Source: Octopus bimaculoides
Taxonomy: Eukaryota
Assembly (NCBI RefSeq): GCF_001194135.2
Contig: NC_068989.1
Span: 69,600,801 to 69,660,891 of the forward strand
Direction of reading: 5' to 3'
DNA length: 60,091 nucleotides
Shown here: piece after piece, positions 1 through 13,290 of the stretch
How positions within the stretch are numbered: position 1 is the stretch's first letter
Layout: every line of letters begins with the position of its first letter
Translations under genes and position numbers: made by a program
Notes under the pieces: generated by a model
Databases searched by the model: none
Told to the model about the DNA's origin: nothing
What the model saw: the letters and a program-made list of their open reading frames with translations, nothing else

Positions 1-179
1 GTCATGTACCTGAAAAGAAAGCTCGCATTTTGCAGAGAACATGACAATCAGCAGCATTCCTTTCAGCCAGCATCCACTATACTATCGTATTATGCACCAT
101 ATGATCTCTACCTTACATAGGGGGATAAACCCAAAGTGGGGGTGGGAAATCTTTAGAAGTGTTCATGGGGGACAGTCAT

Positions 180-272
180 GGTACTGGTGAGGAAGATAGG
201 AACCTCCGGTACTGGTGTAGAAGATAGGAACTTCCGGTACTGGAGTACAAAATAGGAACTTCCGGTACTGGT
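180..272. repeat. 28-bp tandem repeat, ~3.3 copies (GGTACTGGTGTAGAAGATAGGAACTTCC-like)
   Basis: Direct reading: the unit recurs with ~28-bp period; two copies contain ACTTCCGG. Confidence 0.9.
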
Positions 273-351
273 GGAGGGTTGGGAGGTCGGGTGCACCAAA
301 CTGGCGCTGGGCAGGAGTTAATCGAAGGGGAGGAGAATATATATACTGTGT

Positions 352-512
352 GAGGAAATACAACTGAAAACATGGAAATACGAGGTGTTTAGGGATTTCT
401 ATCGTCTGCACACAGTCAATACAGAATGGTAGAAATTCGGCCAGCTAATTCTAAGACAAAGTTATAGCTTTAAGTGACTGTGCGAGGAAATACAACTGAA
501 AACATGGAAATA
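352..512. repeat. 29-bp exact direct repeat pair
   Basis: GAGGAAATACAACTGAAAACATGGAAATA at 352-380 and 484-512. Confidence 0.9.
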
Positions 513-680
513 AGCAGTGTGTAATGTATGTAAGATCAAAGGCAAAAATAAGTAGTAAGTGGAAGCCTGGCTAGAAAACAGAGGAAGACTTATCTGGTCA
601 TTCTTTTATGGTCGTATTAATTCGGCAATGTATATATATATTTATATGTATGTATGTGTGTATATATATATATATATACT

Positions 681-978
681 CGTGCCGGTGACATGTGAAC
701 AAAACATTGGACTGACTCCTGTGCAGGTGGCACTTAAAAAAACACCATTTGAGCGTGGCCGTTGTCAGTACTACCGGACTGGCCCTCGTGCCCGTGGCAT
801 GTAAAAAGCACCCAATACACTCTCGGAGTGGTTGGCATTAGGAAGGGCATCCGCTGTAGAAACTCTGCCAGATCAGATTGGAGTCTGGTGTAGCCATCTG
901 GTTTGCCAGTCCCCAGTCAAATCGTCCAACCCATGCAAGCATGGAAAGCGGACGTTGAATGATGATGATGATGATGAT
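681..978 (+). mobile_element. SINE/LINE-tail family S3 copy ending in (GAT)n
   Basis: Same sequence recurs at 50890-51235 and elsewhere; ends CATGGAAAGCGGACGTT..(GAT)n; CpGs retained. Confidence 0.85.
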
Positions 979-1284
979 GATATATATATATGTATGTATA
1001 TATAAATACATATATACATATGTACAAACATATAGTTTTATGATTAACAAGTTTATTTTCCATCCACATTTCAAGTTCACTTCTACTGCAGTCTTGAGTA
1101 AGTGTCTTTGACGAGAGTTCAATTCACCCTATCCTGTGTGAAGAAATTTGCTAGACAAAAATCTGTGAGAAGCCCATTGTATGTTTGTTCAGGTATGCAT
1201 GTTTGTGTTTGTGTGGGGGAAGATGGGTATGCATGTGTGTGTATATATATATATATACACGCAATACACACACATATGAATATG

Positions 1285-1325
<41 letters not shown>

Positions 1326-1960
1326 GTAAAAATATGTGACACTTATTCGGTAGCCATGATAAAACTCCGAGTTTCGGATGCCGGGGTGAGAACCCACGCC
1401 GCCATCTCTACACACACATATATATTATAAGTCTATATATATTTGTGTATGTGTGTATATATATATATATGCATATATACAATGTATGTATATGTGTGTG
1501 TGTACACATATGCGCACGCACACACACACACACACACATACACACTAATAATATGAACAGTCATAACACACTTCCTGTAATAGAAAATTAATCAAATTTA
1601 TTTGTACATCATACATCAACTAGAGGCATAACATGTAATTTTAATAAGTTACAAACGAAGAATATTAAAATTTGAGTACATCTGACTAGGTTTAATTGCA
1701 TAAGACATGGGCTAACAACTATTCCAACACATAAAAATGTAAAATTATGCAACTCTTGGATTTTATTACATAACGTATGTACAGAGAGCATTTTCACTGT
1801 GTGTGTGTGTGTGTCTGTATATTTGTGTCTATATATATGTATATGTATACACACACACGCGTGCACACACACACACACACACATATATATAGACATAAAT
1901 ATATATAACATATATACATAATATGTATACACATTTAATATAAATGATATAGAATATAAC

Positions 1961-2001
<41 letters not shown>

Positions 2002-2683
2002 GTTATATTAACTTTCAATCCATAACTAATTACTACAGCTTGCTCATCAACTATATACTGTTCATAGAAATTATGGTAGCTTTTCATTACTGCAGGCATT
2101 TAGAAATTATCAAAAGATTTTCTTCGTTGTCATTATTTGGACTTTTTGTTTTTTGGTTATCAAATATAATCTTTACCAGAATATAATCTTTCATCATCAA
2201 AATCATCATCATTTAATGTCCACTTTTCCATACCAAAATGGGTTAAATGGAATTTGAGGAAGATTTTCTTTGGTTGGGATGCCCTTCCTGTCACCAACCC
2301 TCACCTGTCTCCAAGCAGGTTAATATTTCCCTATAACCAGACATGTTTTCATGCAATATCAAGACAAAGAAACAGTAACACACATGCACATGCATGCATG
2401 CACATACATATATATATATGTACATATATCATCATCATTTAATGTTGGTCTTCCATATTGTGTTCATATCTCCATATACTATACTCATTTGAAAATCAAG
2501 TGTGTAACCAGTCAATGGAACTGAACCTGGAATGGTGTGACTTCTTACCACACAACCATTCCTATTCCTCTGAATTTTATAATTTGTAATTTTCATATTT
2601 TACCTTTTCTCTTCTCGTTTCTTGTGTTTTGAGAACATTTTGTGGTATCAAAAGTTATAGTTTCGTCCATTTCAGCGACTCAC

Positions 2684-2817
2684 ATGTATATTTTCTCCAT
2701 CTGAGATCTGGAAATGATCATATACCACAGTTCTGGTGTGATAATTTCCTTATATTTGTGACTAGTTAGATTTGACAAGTAAGACATCACAAGTGATATG
2801 TCACAAGTTAATAATTT
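2684..2817 (-). CDS. Candidate internal coding exon, unidentified protein (KLLTCDISLVMSYLSNLTSHKYKEIITPELWYMIISRSQMEKIY)
   Basis: Minus strand: pyrimidine-rich acceptor ..TTCAATACATCCAG, 134 nt open only in phase 0, donor GTGAGT. Confidence 0.55.
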
Positions 2818-3007
2818 CTGGATGTATTGAAATGAATTAATGAAAGATAGTCTTCATATGTTGAGTTGTATTAAGTTGTACTATGACAACCAAGTCAAAT
2901 TGGGAAAACAACACAAAAGTTTGTACTGTGAATGACTATGCTTCACCACTAAGTGAGTGGAAGGAAGGAGGTAAAGGGTGCAAAGGCTGCAAGGCTTGCT
3001 CGAAAGA

Positions 3008-3038
<31 letters not shown>

Positions 3039-3969
3039 ACTAAGTCTCAGCAAAGCTGCTACTATAGGTGACAGAAATAAACTGTTTGAAAGTCATAGAA
3101 GGAACTGTTTTTTTACAAGTATCCAGAATATATACCTGTGTTAAAGCTGAATTAGGTCGCTGAACTTAGATTTAAATAGGCTTATCTAGATGCCACTTCT
3201 GTTTAACTTGAGATGATTGATGTTAAGTGACCAATCTGAGAACAATGGAAATNNNNNNNNNNNNNNNNNNNNNNNNNNNNNNNNNNNNNNNNNNNNNNNN
3301 NNNNNNNNNNNNNNNNNNNNNNNNNNNNNNNNNNNNNNNNNNNNNNNNNNNNNNNNNNNNNNNNNNNNNNNNNNNNNNNNNNNNNNNNNNNNNNNNNNNN
3401 NNNNNNNTATATATATATACGAACAGCCATGCTACATGGCAGTGAAACATGGGCTGTAACTCCTGAGGACATACGTAAGCTCGCAAGGAATGAAGCCAGC
3501 ATTTAATGTAATGCTCGCATTACTTAAATAAATGGAGTAGCATGAAACGTGCGTACTGCAATCATCTTTAAAATCCGTGTTGCTTATTTTGATATATATA
3601 TATATATATATATACATACACACATACATATATGTATATTTATACACACTCACATAATTTAGTGAATAAGAAAATGAATCAATATTTCAAGGCATCACTG
3701 CATGAAAGTTAGTGTGCATATGTTACATGCTCCTACATATTTGTATGTTTTCTCAATCAAAATATGCACACTGACTTTCTTAATCCTACAGAGATGACCA
3801 GAATGAAAAGAAAAAAGAATTATGATTCAGCTCATTCTTCATGCTCTTTGCTTCAAAATTCAAAAACCAAAAAGAAACCTGCAATATTCCAGTTGTTGAC
3901 TGGAATGAACTTTATACAGACTGTTGTGTATGTTAAAACTTGGTCATTTGTCTTTTTCTTTAATCATAC

Positions 3970-4032
3970 CACTCCCGCTGTTTACTACAAAAGAAATTGC
4001 ATTGGCATAACAACAGTTCTTACATTTAGTAT
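3970..4032 (-). CDS. Candidate 63-nt exon (xTKCKNCCYANAISFVVNSGS)
   Basis: Acceptor TTTAGTTTTTACAG, donor GTATGA, open in phase 1/1; no homology recognised. Confidence 0.3.
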
Positions 4033-4413
4033 CTGTAAAAACTAAAGGTCATTGACTGATGGCACTTCACTGAAAGAAACTATAGAACTTAGACACCCCA
4101 CATACATACATACCCAGTGTACCTACAATTTCCTATATATATATATAGTAAATAAGAATAAAATGAATGGATATTTCAGGGCATCTGTACACAATTTAAT
4201 AGCATGGTCATTCCAAAATCAAGTATAGTTGCACAACTTAATGAGTAACATTATGTAAGTTCTAAGTTCATATTATTACAAACCACCATTTCTTCAGGTG
4301 ATATTCTACCTAATATTTTCCTGGTGATACCTCACCAAATATTTTGGTAGCATATATCTAGTTTCTCTATATCTAATTGTCTACATATATATATATATAA
4401 ATATATATATATA

Positions 4414-5200
4414 TGCAGTCTCATTAGTAAGTATCCAGAATGTTGCCACAGTAACGATGCTAAAGCACAGAGAGTGAAGCTGCTTGGCACAGATTGTCCT
4501 TGAATCTGCTGTGTATCTGTGTATCCTTGAATCTGCTGTGTAAGTTTCAATGTTCTAGCTCAATTCTGCTGTTTACAGCAGTGCTTCAAAGGAACGTGTG
4601 TAGTGTGTGATCATCACTTTGACCATGACAGAGCTTGGTAATACCTGCTCAGAGGCCTACACAAAGTTTTCAAAAAGTTTTCATCGTTCTTGACACAATC
4701 AAGATCATCTTGTGCAACTGAAACCTGAGTGTCTTTCTGGTCAGCTGAAAGCAGTTTTGGCATAAACTTGACATACACGCATCTCATACCCAAATCTTCA
4801 GTGATAATGAACTGAACTGAACTGTAATTAGTCTGTACATCCTCTGATAACTTACGGATGGTGATTCAATGATTTCTCCTCACAGCTGCATGCACATCTG
4901 TGATGTTTTTCTCAGTTCTACTAGTTGTGGGTCTCCCAGAACGTTTGTCAATATCAACTCTTTTTCAGCTGTCTTGGAAATGTCTGAACCACACGTACAT
5001 GGCACATACACTCCTCTCCATACACTTTCTGCAACTTTGCATAGGCCTCTGAGCAGATATCACCATTTCAACTTTCTCTGTCACGATCAATGTGACAATC
5101 ACATGCTACACACCTTCCTTTCAAGCACTGCTGTGGATAGCAGAAGTGAGCTAGAATGTTGAAACTTAGTGCACATGCACAGCAGAATTCAAGGTCAATA
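4414..5200 (-). mobile_element. Non-autonomous mariner derivative with two 5' ends (transposase N-terminal remnant)
   Basis: Minus translation gives RSGRPTTS..ITIRKLSEDVQ..ITEDLGMR..KFMPKLLSADQKDTQV..NDENFLKT; the left arm is an inverted copy of the 5' end; same family as 28408-29295. Confidence 0.85.
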
Positions 5201-5444
5201 AACAGTAATAAATGAGTGAGGAACAAATATATAGTGCTTGTGTTTATTTGGCAAAAAAAAAAAGAAAAGAAAAATGACCATTCTGAAATACAATAATATC
5301 TGTTTCAACACACGACTTTACATCAGGAATCTTGTAACACAAATTCATAACCATAAAAATATAAGAATATTTATAATAAAAATCTATTGGTCTTTTTATC
5401 TATTTGTCTATCTGTCTTTTCATCTGTCTTTCTCTCTCTCTCCT

Positions 5445-5445
5445 C

Positions 5446-5524
<79 letters not shown>
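5445..5524. repeat. (TCTA)n microsatellite
   Basis: Direct reading. Confidence 0.95.
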
Positions 5525-6284
5525 GTTGGCCTCTGTATGTGTGTGTTGTGTTTATTTGCAGATTTAGTTGATATTTCTAGAAAGGTTAAGCCAAAATGTA
5601 GAAACGTTTCTATAAGAGAGCAACCTACAGCTCAAGGCAAAAAGAAGACACAGGAGGATGTGAAGATACAGAATCTTTTGCCACTCTGTGCTGAGTGATA
5701 GTATGCCCCTTGATTTACTTATCTATGACAAAAAGCAAAAAAAAAAAAAATGTTAAAATGATATCCATGATGATAGCAATGATGATGATGTTGATGTTGA
5801 TGATACCACTGCCAATTGTGATGGTGGTGGTGGTGGTGAGCATGAATGTTCTGTTGCCTTCAAGTAGAAGTAGAATCAAAACAGCTGACATTGGCAAACG
5901 TTATTTGTGGAAACCAACATGCTGGTGTCTGAATGTTTAGAAGTGGAATATGAAGACAAAGACAACAACAATAATACAGGCCACCGAGGTGGCCTCTGTG
6001 TGGTCGATCAATTTCCTAGAAATAGCAATCAAATCTCACTCAAATTACTATTCAACCATCTTTATAAAAAAAGATAGAGAAAGACACAAGTTCTCATTGG
6101 ATGTTGTGCTGAGTATGCTCAGGCACAGTTTCTGGGGGAAAAATTGGATGGTCATGGGTGGAATGTCTTTGGTCATAGGTCTTTCTTTTATCTTTTTTGT
6201 TTCAATCATTAGGCTCAGGCTGTGTTGGGGCGCCACCTTGAAGAATTTACTGTCAAATGTATTGACCAATATTATTTTTTTCTT

Positions 6285-6585
6285 AGCCTGGTACTTATTC
6301 TATCGGTCTCTTTTGCCAAACTGTTAAGTTACGGGGATATAAACACAGCAACAGCAGTTGTCAAGCAGTGGTGATGGGACAAACACTGACACAAAGACAT
6401 GCACACATAGATATATACATATATATATACGATGAGTTTCTTTCAGTTTCCATCTACCAAATCCACTCACAATGCTTTGGTCAGCCTGAAGCTATATTAG
6501 AAGACATTTACTCAAGGTGCCATGCAGTGGGATTGAACCTGGCACCATGTGGTTGTGAAACAAGCTTCTTACCACACAGCTACCT
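6285..6585 (-). mobile_element. tRNA-head SINE family S2 copy
   Basis: Reverse complement matches the 35616-36045 copy, including the internal (CA/TA) microsatellite. Confidence 0.8.
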
Positions 6586-6606
6586 TTTTATTTTTTCATT
6601 TTTTTT

Positions 6607-7020
6607 AGGCACAGGTATGGTTGTGTATGTAGATAAGAAACTTGCTTCACAGTAACATTTGTAGTTCAGTCCCACTGCATAGTACTTTGGGCAAGTGTCT
6701 TTTACTATAGCACCAGGCTGACCAATGCCTTGTGAGTGAATTTGGAAAATAGAAAGTGTGGAAGACTATCGTATAGATATATGTGTTTGTGTGTGTGTGT
6801 GTGTGTGTGTATTTTTGTGCTTGTGTTCCCCTCCCCTGCACTATTTGACAACCAGTGTTGGTTTGTTTATATCTCTGTAACTTAGTAGCTTGGTTTAAGT
6901 GACCAATAGAGTAAGTACCAAAATTAACAATACGTTCTGGGAATGATGCATTCAGATAAACCCTCCAAGGCGGTGCTCCAATGTAGCTGTAATCCAACAA
7001 ATGAAGCAAGTAAAAGAAGA
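6607..7020 (+). mobile_element. tRNA-head SINE family S2 copy
   Basis: GTTCAGTCCCACTGC..GGGCAAGTGTCT head, internal (GT)n, 3' body as at 35616-36045. Confidence 0.8.
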
Positions 7021-7869
7021 TTAAGGTTAAAGTATACACCTTTGATATAGATGAATCAATAATACAGATATAATGTTAAACCAGCATGTGTTATACATGC
7101 ATGTGTCTATATATGGGTATGTGTATTTGTACATATGCATTTGTGTATGTGTGTATTCATGTACATTATAATCATAATATAAACAGTTATGTGCAGATGA
7201 CTGTGAATCCATTGTTGAAATTCAAAACTAAAGATGCACTTTAATTGTTAATAATTGAAGTGATTGTTCGAAAATACAATAATTTATCTAATTTATTTAT
7301 TTATTGTTTGTTTCTAATTATGATGTGTTTCATACACTTTTAACTTGTTTGAATAGTTTAGGCACAGATAAAAGATTGCTTTTCATGTAAGGATTTAATA
7401 AAAAAGCAAGTGTTGCTTTGTAATGTTTACTTAACTTCCAAAACTGATAACTTGGTCATAGAATGTCTCCATGAGTCTGCAGAATGTAAGAGTCAAATTG
7501 TCTAATGTTTCAATCAATCTTTTAACCCTATTTTGTCAATAATCTAAGTGTTTTCAGAGGAGCAATTCTCAATTTCTGAAAAGTTATGAGGGTTGACAAT
7601 CTTGCATTAAATAGAATAGTTTATCACAGGTTGGCTTTCAAAGACTAATAGGATTTCAGACTGAAGCTGTGAACTTCAGCTTGAATTATCTTGTCAGTTC
7701 CACACAATCTAACATGTTGCTCCTCTTAAATAAATGGTCAAGTATTTATTTTATCTGTCTCAGGACAAAAAAAAAAAAAAAGGTTAATATATCTAGGTAG
7801 CATTTGAACCTTGGGATCATGATCTTTGAACTTTTTATCACCTTTTACAAGAAAGAATCAGTATCTGGC

Positions 7870-8255
7870 ATTCTTTTTCTTAGTAAAACAACTGTCATTA
7901 GTAAGCTGGTGTTTGAAACATAAAATTAACATGTAATTTTTACAGAAAATTTCAATTTAGATCACTCTAACCCTCTAGCATTCTGATTACTCTGTCAGAA
8001 GTAATGCTTATTTATCCAAATTGTTTTGAATTAATCATACGTTATCTTGTAGCTTTGAGATTTTGATGATGTGGTTGTTTATTTCTATAACGACATTGTG
8101 GGGTAGGTGTGAGAGGCCTGATCTAGTTAATTTGAACACAAAACTGGTAGAATATTTGGGACAGATATGGCTTGAATGCTAAAAATTTGAAATAGGAAGT
8201 TTATATCATAGCGATTGGGGTAGTCTCAGATGGGCTGGTATCAAAAAAAGTTAAA
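7870..8255. mobile_element. piggyBac-like MITE family B (reverse) interrupted by a family A MITE (~7967-8205)
   Basis: Family B fragments flank CCCTCTAGCATTCTG...GAATGCTAAA, which matches the 21022-21267 element; ends GGTATCAAAAAAAGTTAA. Confidence 0.6.
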
Positions 8256-8331
8256 AGGTAAAGAAAGGTTATCAGAACAGCAGTTGGTGCTTTTTAATAT
8301 CTACATTAGCCTCTCACTATTTTTGTATTGA

Positions 8332-8795
8332 CCCTTTTGATACCAAAATAATGACAAGGTTATTGTTATATTTGGGGATGGTCCTTTTTTTTTTTTGCCA
8401 ATTAAACACATACACTATTTTTTAAAATCTTTACTTTGGTTTTTATTTATATTATCTTTAGTTTATTTGTCTGTCAAAGTTCTTTTGTCACACGTTCTGT
8501 GACCTCATCAGTGACTTTCTATCCTATATGTCTCTTCTTGTCTGGTTTGTTCCATTCTAAAAACTAAAGTGAAGATGGAATAAGTAGTGTATGTGTTTAA
8601 TTGGCACCTCCACCCAAAAAAAATTACCATCTCAAGTATAACAATATCTGTTTCAACATAAATGTTCACATCAAGAATCTTACAAAACAAGTACATAAAT
8701 GTAAATATGAAATTATTTTATTAAATTCTTCAATATTCTAAAAAATTATCAAAAGAATGGCAGTACATTTTAACTGAAACATGGTAACAAAAGGG
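8332..8795. mobile_element. piggyBac-like MITE family B ends
   Basis: Termini CCCTTTTGATACC / GGTAACAAAAGGG flanked by TTGA / TTAA. Confidence 0.6.
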
Positions 8796-10721
8796 TTAAT
8801 TTCAAAGTTATCAATGATGACCCCCTCACCCCACTTCACCCCATCATTGACAATAGATTGACAATATAATACATAACATTATTCTACTGCTGCACAGTCA
8901 ATTGCCTAAAACGTCATCTTTACAAAACTAGCTTTGTGTCTCTAATTACAAGATATCATTTTAATTTTTAATAAAAACCAAATTAATAAAAAAAATGTTC
9001 TGTTCTGATATCATCTCTAAGACTCACATGGGAGGAGATAGGAAGTTGTGATGACTGTTTTTCTTAGTATGTAAATGAAAACCAAATTTCAGTTATTTGT
9101 AGCAAAAAATCATTTTTTTTTTTTTTACAAGCGAATATTGATTTTAATTATAAATATCATGCTGAAAACTGAGTATTCATGTTCAAATGAAACACCTCTT
9201 TGAACATGAGTGTTTGGTATTGTGTCACTGGAAAATACTATAATTTCATTACAAGTTGTTTGATAAATTTAATACAAAGTTAACAGTGTGATACAGACCG
9301 ACATAATAAGTTGTATTAACAGAGTCTCATATTAATAAGATTTGATTATAAAATCACCTTTCATGAAATTTTTTGATGCGATGTTTATATGATTGAAATC
9401 TATTGAACCTTAGTGTGCGTGTGTACACACACACATACACACACACACATAATTATTAAAGAGGACAAGAAAAGTTAAGGCAAGGCAAACATCTCAAGTC
9501 ATATACATTATTATTATTATTGGAAAAAACTCAAAGTCTTACAGCTGTTTCTGGGATATCCCAGAGTATAGGATTTTATGTCATCACAGACAAATAGGGA
9601 AAATGAGAAGGGCATAGATTAATGAAATGATGACAAAGGGGACAGGAGTAAAGGAATAAGGAGATGAAGAGAGAGAAGAAAAAAGAAGCATAAAAGTTCA
9701 CAGTTCAACTGCTTTAACATTTGTCGTCCTCTTTAACAATTATATATCCACTATATTGGAAATCTGCAATGGCTCCATAACTACCTTCTTGGCTACAATC
9801 TTGGAGCCTTAATAATCCGTTACTAAGCATTTTGCCCAGCATGCTAACAATTCTGCCAGATCACTGCCTTAATGATGATGATGATTTCTTTATTGACCTC
9901 ATTAAGGACAATACAGGAGAAACCATTGAGTTTGTGTGTATATGTGTGTGCATGTATGTTATTATGAGGATTTGGGAGGGTTTCACATGTAAACAGATGT
10001 AATGGAAAAAAGAAAATCAAAAACATTTTAACAATGAGTATTCCTCAATAGGGATGAGATATTTGAGGGCTAACCCAGGCCCATCTCACAGCACCAAACT
10101 CCCTTCTGAATTTATCTTTAGAAATCCAACACTAAGTTCTTCATCCAGTTCTATCTCCCTTTCTGCTCTCCTTCTCTGCCCCCCCCTCTCTTTAGAGTTA
10201 CATTCCATAAGCTCTCCCTAATCTGCACGTATTAAGCTGCTGAATTTAAAACATTAATTACATCATTTTCATCAAGCTAGGAAGATCTACAATGTCTGAG
10301 AACACATCTTCTCCTCCTCCTTTCCTTCTCTTCCTCATTTCTCCTTCTCTTTCTTCTTCTTTCCTCTTCTGTTTCCTCTCTCACTCTCCTCTTCATCCTT
10401 CCTATATCACTGCTACTCTCATTTCTAATATCAGATATCCTCTCTCAATGAAACGATATCCTTTTTAGTATGAAATCTCCTTTTGGTGTGAGATTAAAAA
10501 TATTTTCAATAGCAGGCGTAAATTTTGGATTTATCTATTTTATTTGATCTTTTAATTGATTTTCTCATTAAAAGAAAAAAAATTTTTTAAAGTTGTTTTA
10601 ACTAATATATAGTTATTATAAAAACAGAGCTTTGAAAGATAATTTTTCAGATTTAGGTAAATTAAGTAACTGCTGATATATTGAAAATGTAAGACTACTG
10701 GCCCCTATCCCACTCCCACTC

Positions 10722-11195
10722 CCCAAAATAAAACTGGTTGTGTGGTTGAGAGATGTGCTTCACAATCACATGGTTTCGGGTTCAGTCTCACTGTGGGACT
10801 GTGGGGCACCCTGGGTAAGTGTCTTCTATTAAGAGTAGAATTGTGCCTAGTGAAAAAATTTTCAAAACGGAAACTGTAAGGAAACTTATCATATATGTAT
10901 ATATACATCATCATCATCATCACTTAATATCCACGTCCTTTGCTTGCATGGGTTGGACAGCTTGACAGGAGCTGATTGGCAAGGCCTGGGGCTGCACCAG
11001 GTTCTATAGTCTGTTTGGCTTGGTTTCTATGGTTGGATGCCTTTCCTAATGCCAACCACTCCACAGAGTGTACTGGGTGCTTTTTATGTGACACCATCAC
11101 AGGTGCATTTTAAGTGGCACCTTGGCTTTGGGATCTCAACTCTGTTGCGGTGAGCAGGTCTTCTCAAATACAGTAATGCACCATATATCTCAGTC

Positions 11196-11239
<44 letters not shown>

Positions 11240-11455
11240 AAATCTCTGTGGTTTTTGTTTCCTTCATCTTTTGGCAACCATTGTTGGTTTGTTTACATCC
11301 CTGTAACTTAGCAGTTTGGCAAAAATAACTGATAGAATGAGTACCAGACTTGAAAGCAAAAATGAATTCTCGGGCTGATTTGTTTGACTAAAATTCTTCA
11401 ATACAGTGCTCCAGCATGGCCACAATCCAGTGACTGAAACTAGTAAAAGATAAAA
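10722..11455 (+). mobile_element. S2 SINE interrupted by a reverse S3 copy (~10905-11200)
   Basis: S2 head at 10722-10890 and S2 3' body at 11270-11455; the S3 reverse complement lies between them, inside the S2 microsatellite. Confidence 0.7.
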
Positions 11456-12639
11456 GTTAGCATACATGTGAAAGGAAACGAGAGGCTGTAATAACAATAA
11501 AGATTATCAACTTTCCAGTCATCTTCTCCTGATTCCATACTCTGACAACATCAATGATGATAAATGAATATATTGAGGGCTATTTTAAAATTCTTTCTCT
11601 CCTCTTGGAGTTCATGGAAATGGTTTAATTTAAATTTCAGATTTAGTTTCAAAAATCTTTCAATCTAAAGAAATGTAGTGCAGAAAAAGATAAGAAAAAT
11701 TGAATTAGGAAAAGTGCAATACTAATTTTTTTTATTTCTTATATTTTTGAAATTTTTTTTATCATATCCTCCAGTCATTGTTGCTATCATCATAATTACC
11801 ATTCTCCTCACTGTTTTCATCATCATCATCATCATCAACATTATCAACGTCATCATCATCATCCTTCTTCTATTCTTCTTGTAGGCTAATTAATCTCACA
11901 ACCAAATCTATTTCCACAATCTCATTTTAGCCTCTCCTAAATATAATTCTCCTCTTCTTATCTTTTCCCCAATCTTTCCAACCTTGCTCATTCTACATTA
12001 TATTATCTTTGCATAAACTTCATTTGCTCCATCATTCTCTTGCAGATTTCCCAAATATATTCTCTTTTACCATTCATCATTCTCATCATTTTACCATTCA
12101 TCATTGTTAGAAAAAATTTTAGTTACTTTGTTACTCAAAATCTCTTTTCTTCAATCCTTTAATTCCATCTGCAATCTCTATTACACCTTAAGCATTGTGA
12201 TGCCCACTTACCTGAAACCACCTTTGATACAAACTTCCTGTTTTAAACTGATCAATATGGAAACCATCTTCAAGGTAGCAAACTTGCAGAATCGTTATGC
12301 TTAGTGGTATTTTGTCTGTCTTTACATTCCCAGTTCAAATTCCACTGAGGCAAACCTTGCCTTTCATCCTTTCGCAGTTATCAACTTCAGTAATTTCAGC
12401 ATTACTACTGCATCTTTCCTGCAGGTGTGTGTGTGTGTGCATGTGCGTGGACATCCGTCCCCTTGTTCTGACACTATGTGATAGTTGTAAATGAATGTCA
12501 CTGTAATATAAACAGTGTCATTCATTCCCAATATTCTGTGAAAACACTGTCTGGCCATGGAGAAATATTACCTTATTTGGAAACAGGTGAAAGTTGGTAG
12601 CAGGAAGGGCATAGTTATGGGAATGAAAACACAGCAACA

Positions 12640-12880
12640 CTGGTTGTCAAGTGGTGGTGAGGAACAAAGACACACACACACACATACATACACAGATATG
12701 TATATTCTTTTGTATATTTCAGCCATGCTGGGGCAAGGCTACTTTCAGTTTCTATCTTCCAAATCCACTCAAGGCTTTTGCTGACCTTAAGCTGTAGTAG
12801 AAAACACTTAGCCAAGGTGACACTGAGCCCAGAGCCATGTGGTTGGGAAGCAAACTTCTTACTGCATAGCCTTGCCTGCA
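12640..12880 (-). mobile_element. S2 SINE copy (partial)
   Basis: Similar to other S2 copies. Confidence 0.7.
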
Positions 12881-13084
12881 CCTATTATATATATATATAT
12901 ATATATNNNNNNNNNNNNNNNNNNNNNNNNNNNNNNNNNNNNNNNNNNNNNNNNNNNNNNNNNNNNNNNNNNNNNNNNNNNNNNNNNNNNNNNNNNNNNN
13001 NNNNNNNNNNNNNNNNNNNNNNNNNTTATATACTTCACATACTCACACACACACATACATATATGTATTCATATATGTATCTTT

Positions 13085-13290
13085 GTTTCAATCCCCACAC
13101 CACTTGACAACTGGTGTATGTTTGCTTACATACTCCATAGCTTAGCCTTTTGGCAAATTAGTTAGATGGAATAATTGTGAGACTTAAAAACATATTTGCT
13201 CTAGGGTATGATTTGTTCAACTAAAGTCTTCAAAAATGTAGCCCCAAGCATGGCCACAGTTCAGTACCTGAAACAAGCAAAAGAATAAAA
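13085..13290 (+). mobile_element. S2 SINE 3' body
   Basis: CCACCACTTGACAACTGGTG..CATGGCCACAGTTCAGTACCTGAAACAAG matches the S2 3' part. Confidence 0.7.

Noticed and set aside
163-411. Pro-rich ORFs with repeated PVPEVPI
   Set aside because: They come from the 28-bp tandem repeat, whose period is not a multiple of 3; no coding evidence.
559-1962. ORFs rich in YI/CV/HT repeats (also 14725-15375, 25013-25601, 32700-32993, 35420-35982)
   Set aside because: They are translations of (AT)n/(GT)n/(CA)n microsatellites, not proteins.
3135-3235. Minus-strand segment with good acceptor and donor
   Set aside because: Stops in all three frames; could only be non-coding.
5561-5698. Plus-strand acceptor followed by DLVDISRKVKPKCRN...LPLCAE*
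   Set aside because: No supporting plus-strand exons or recognisable homology; plausible by chance.
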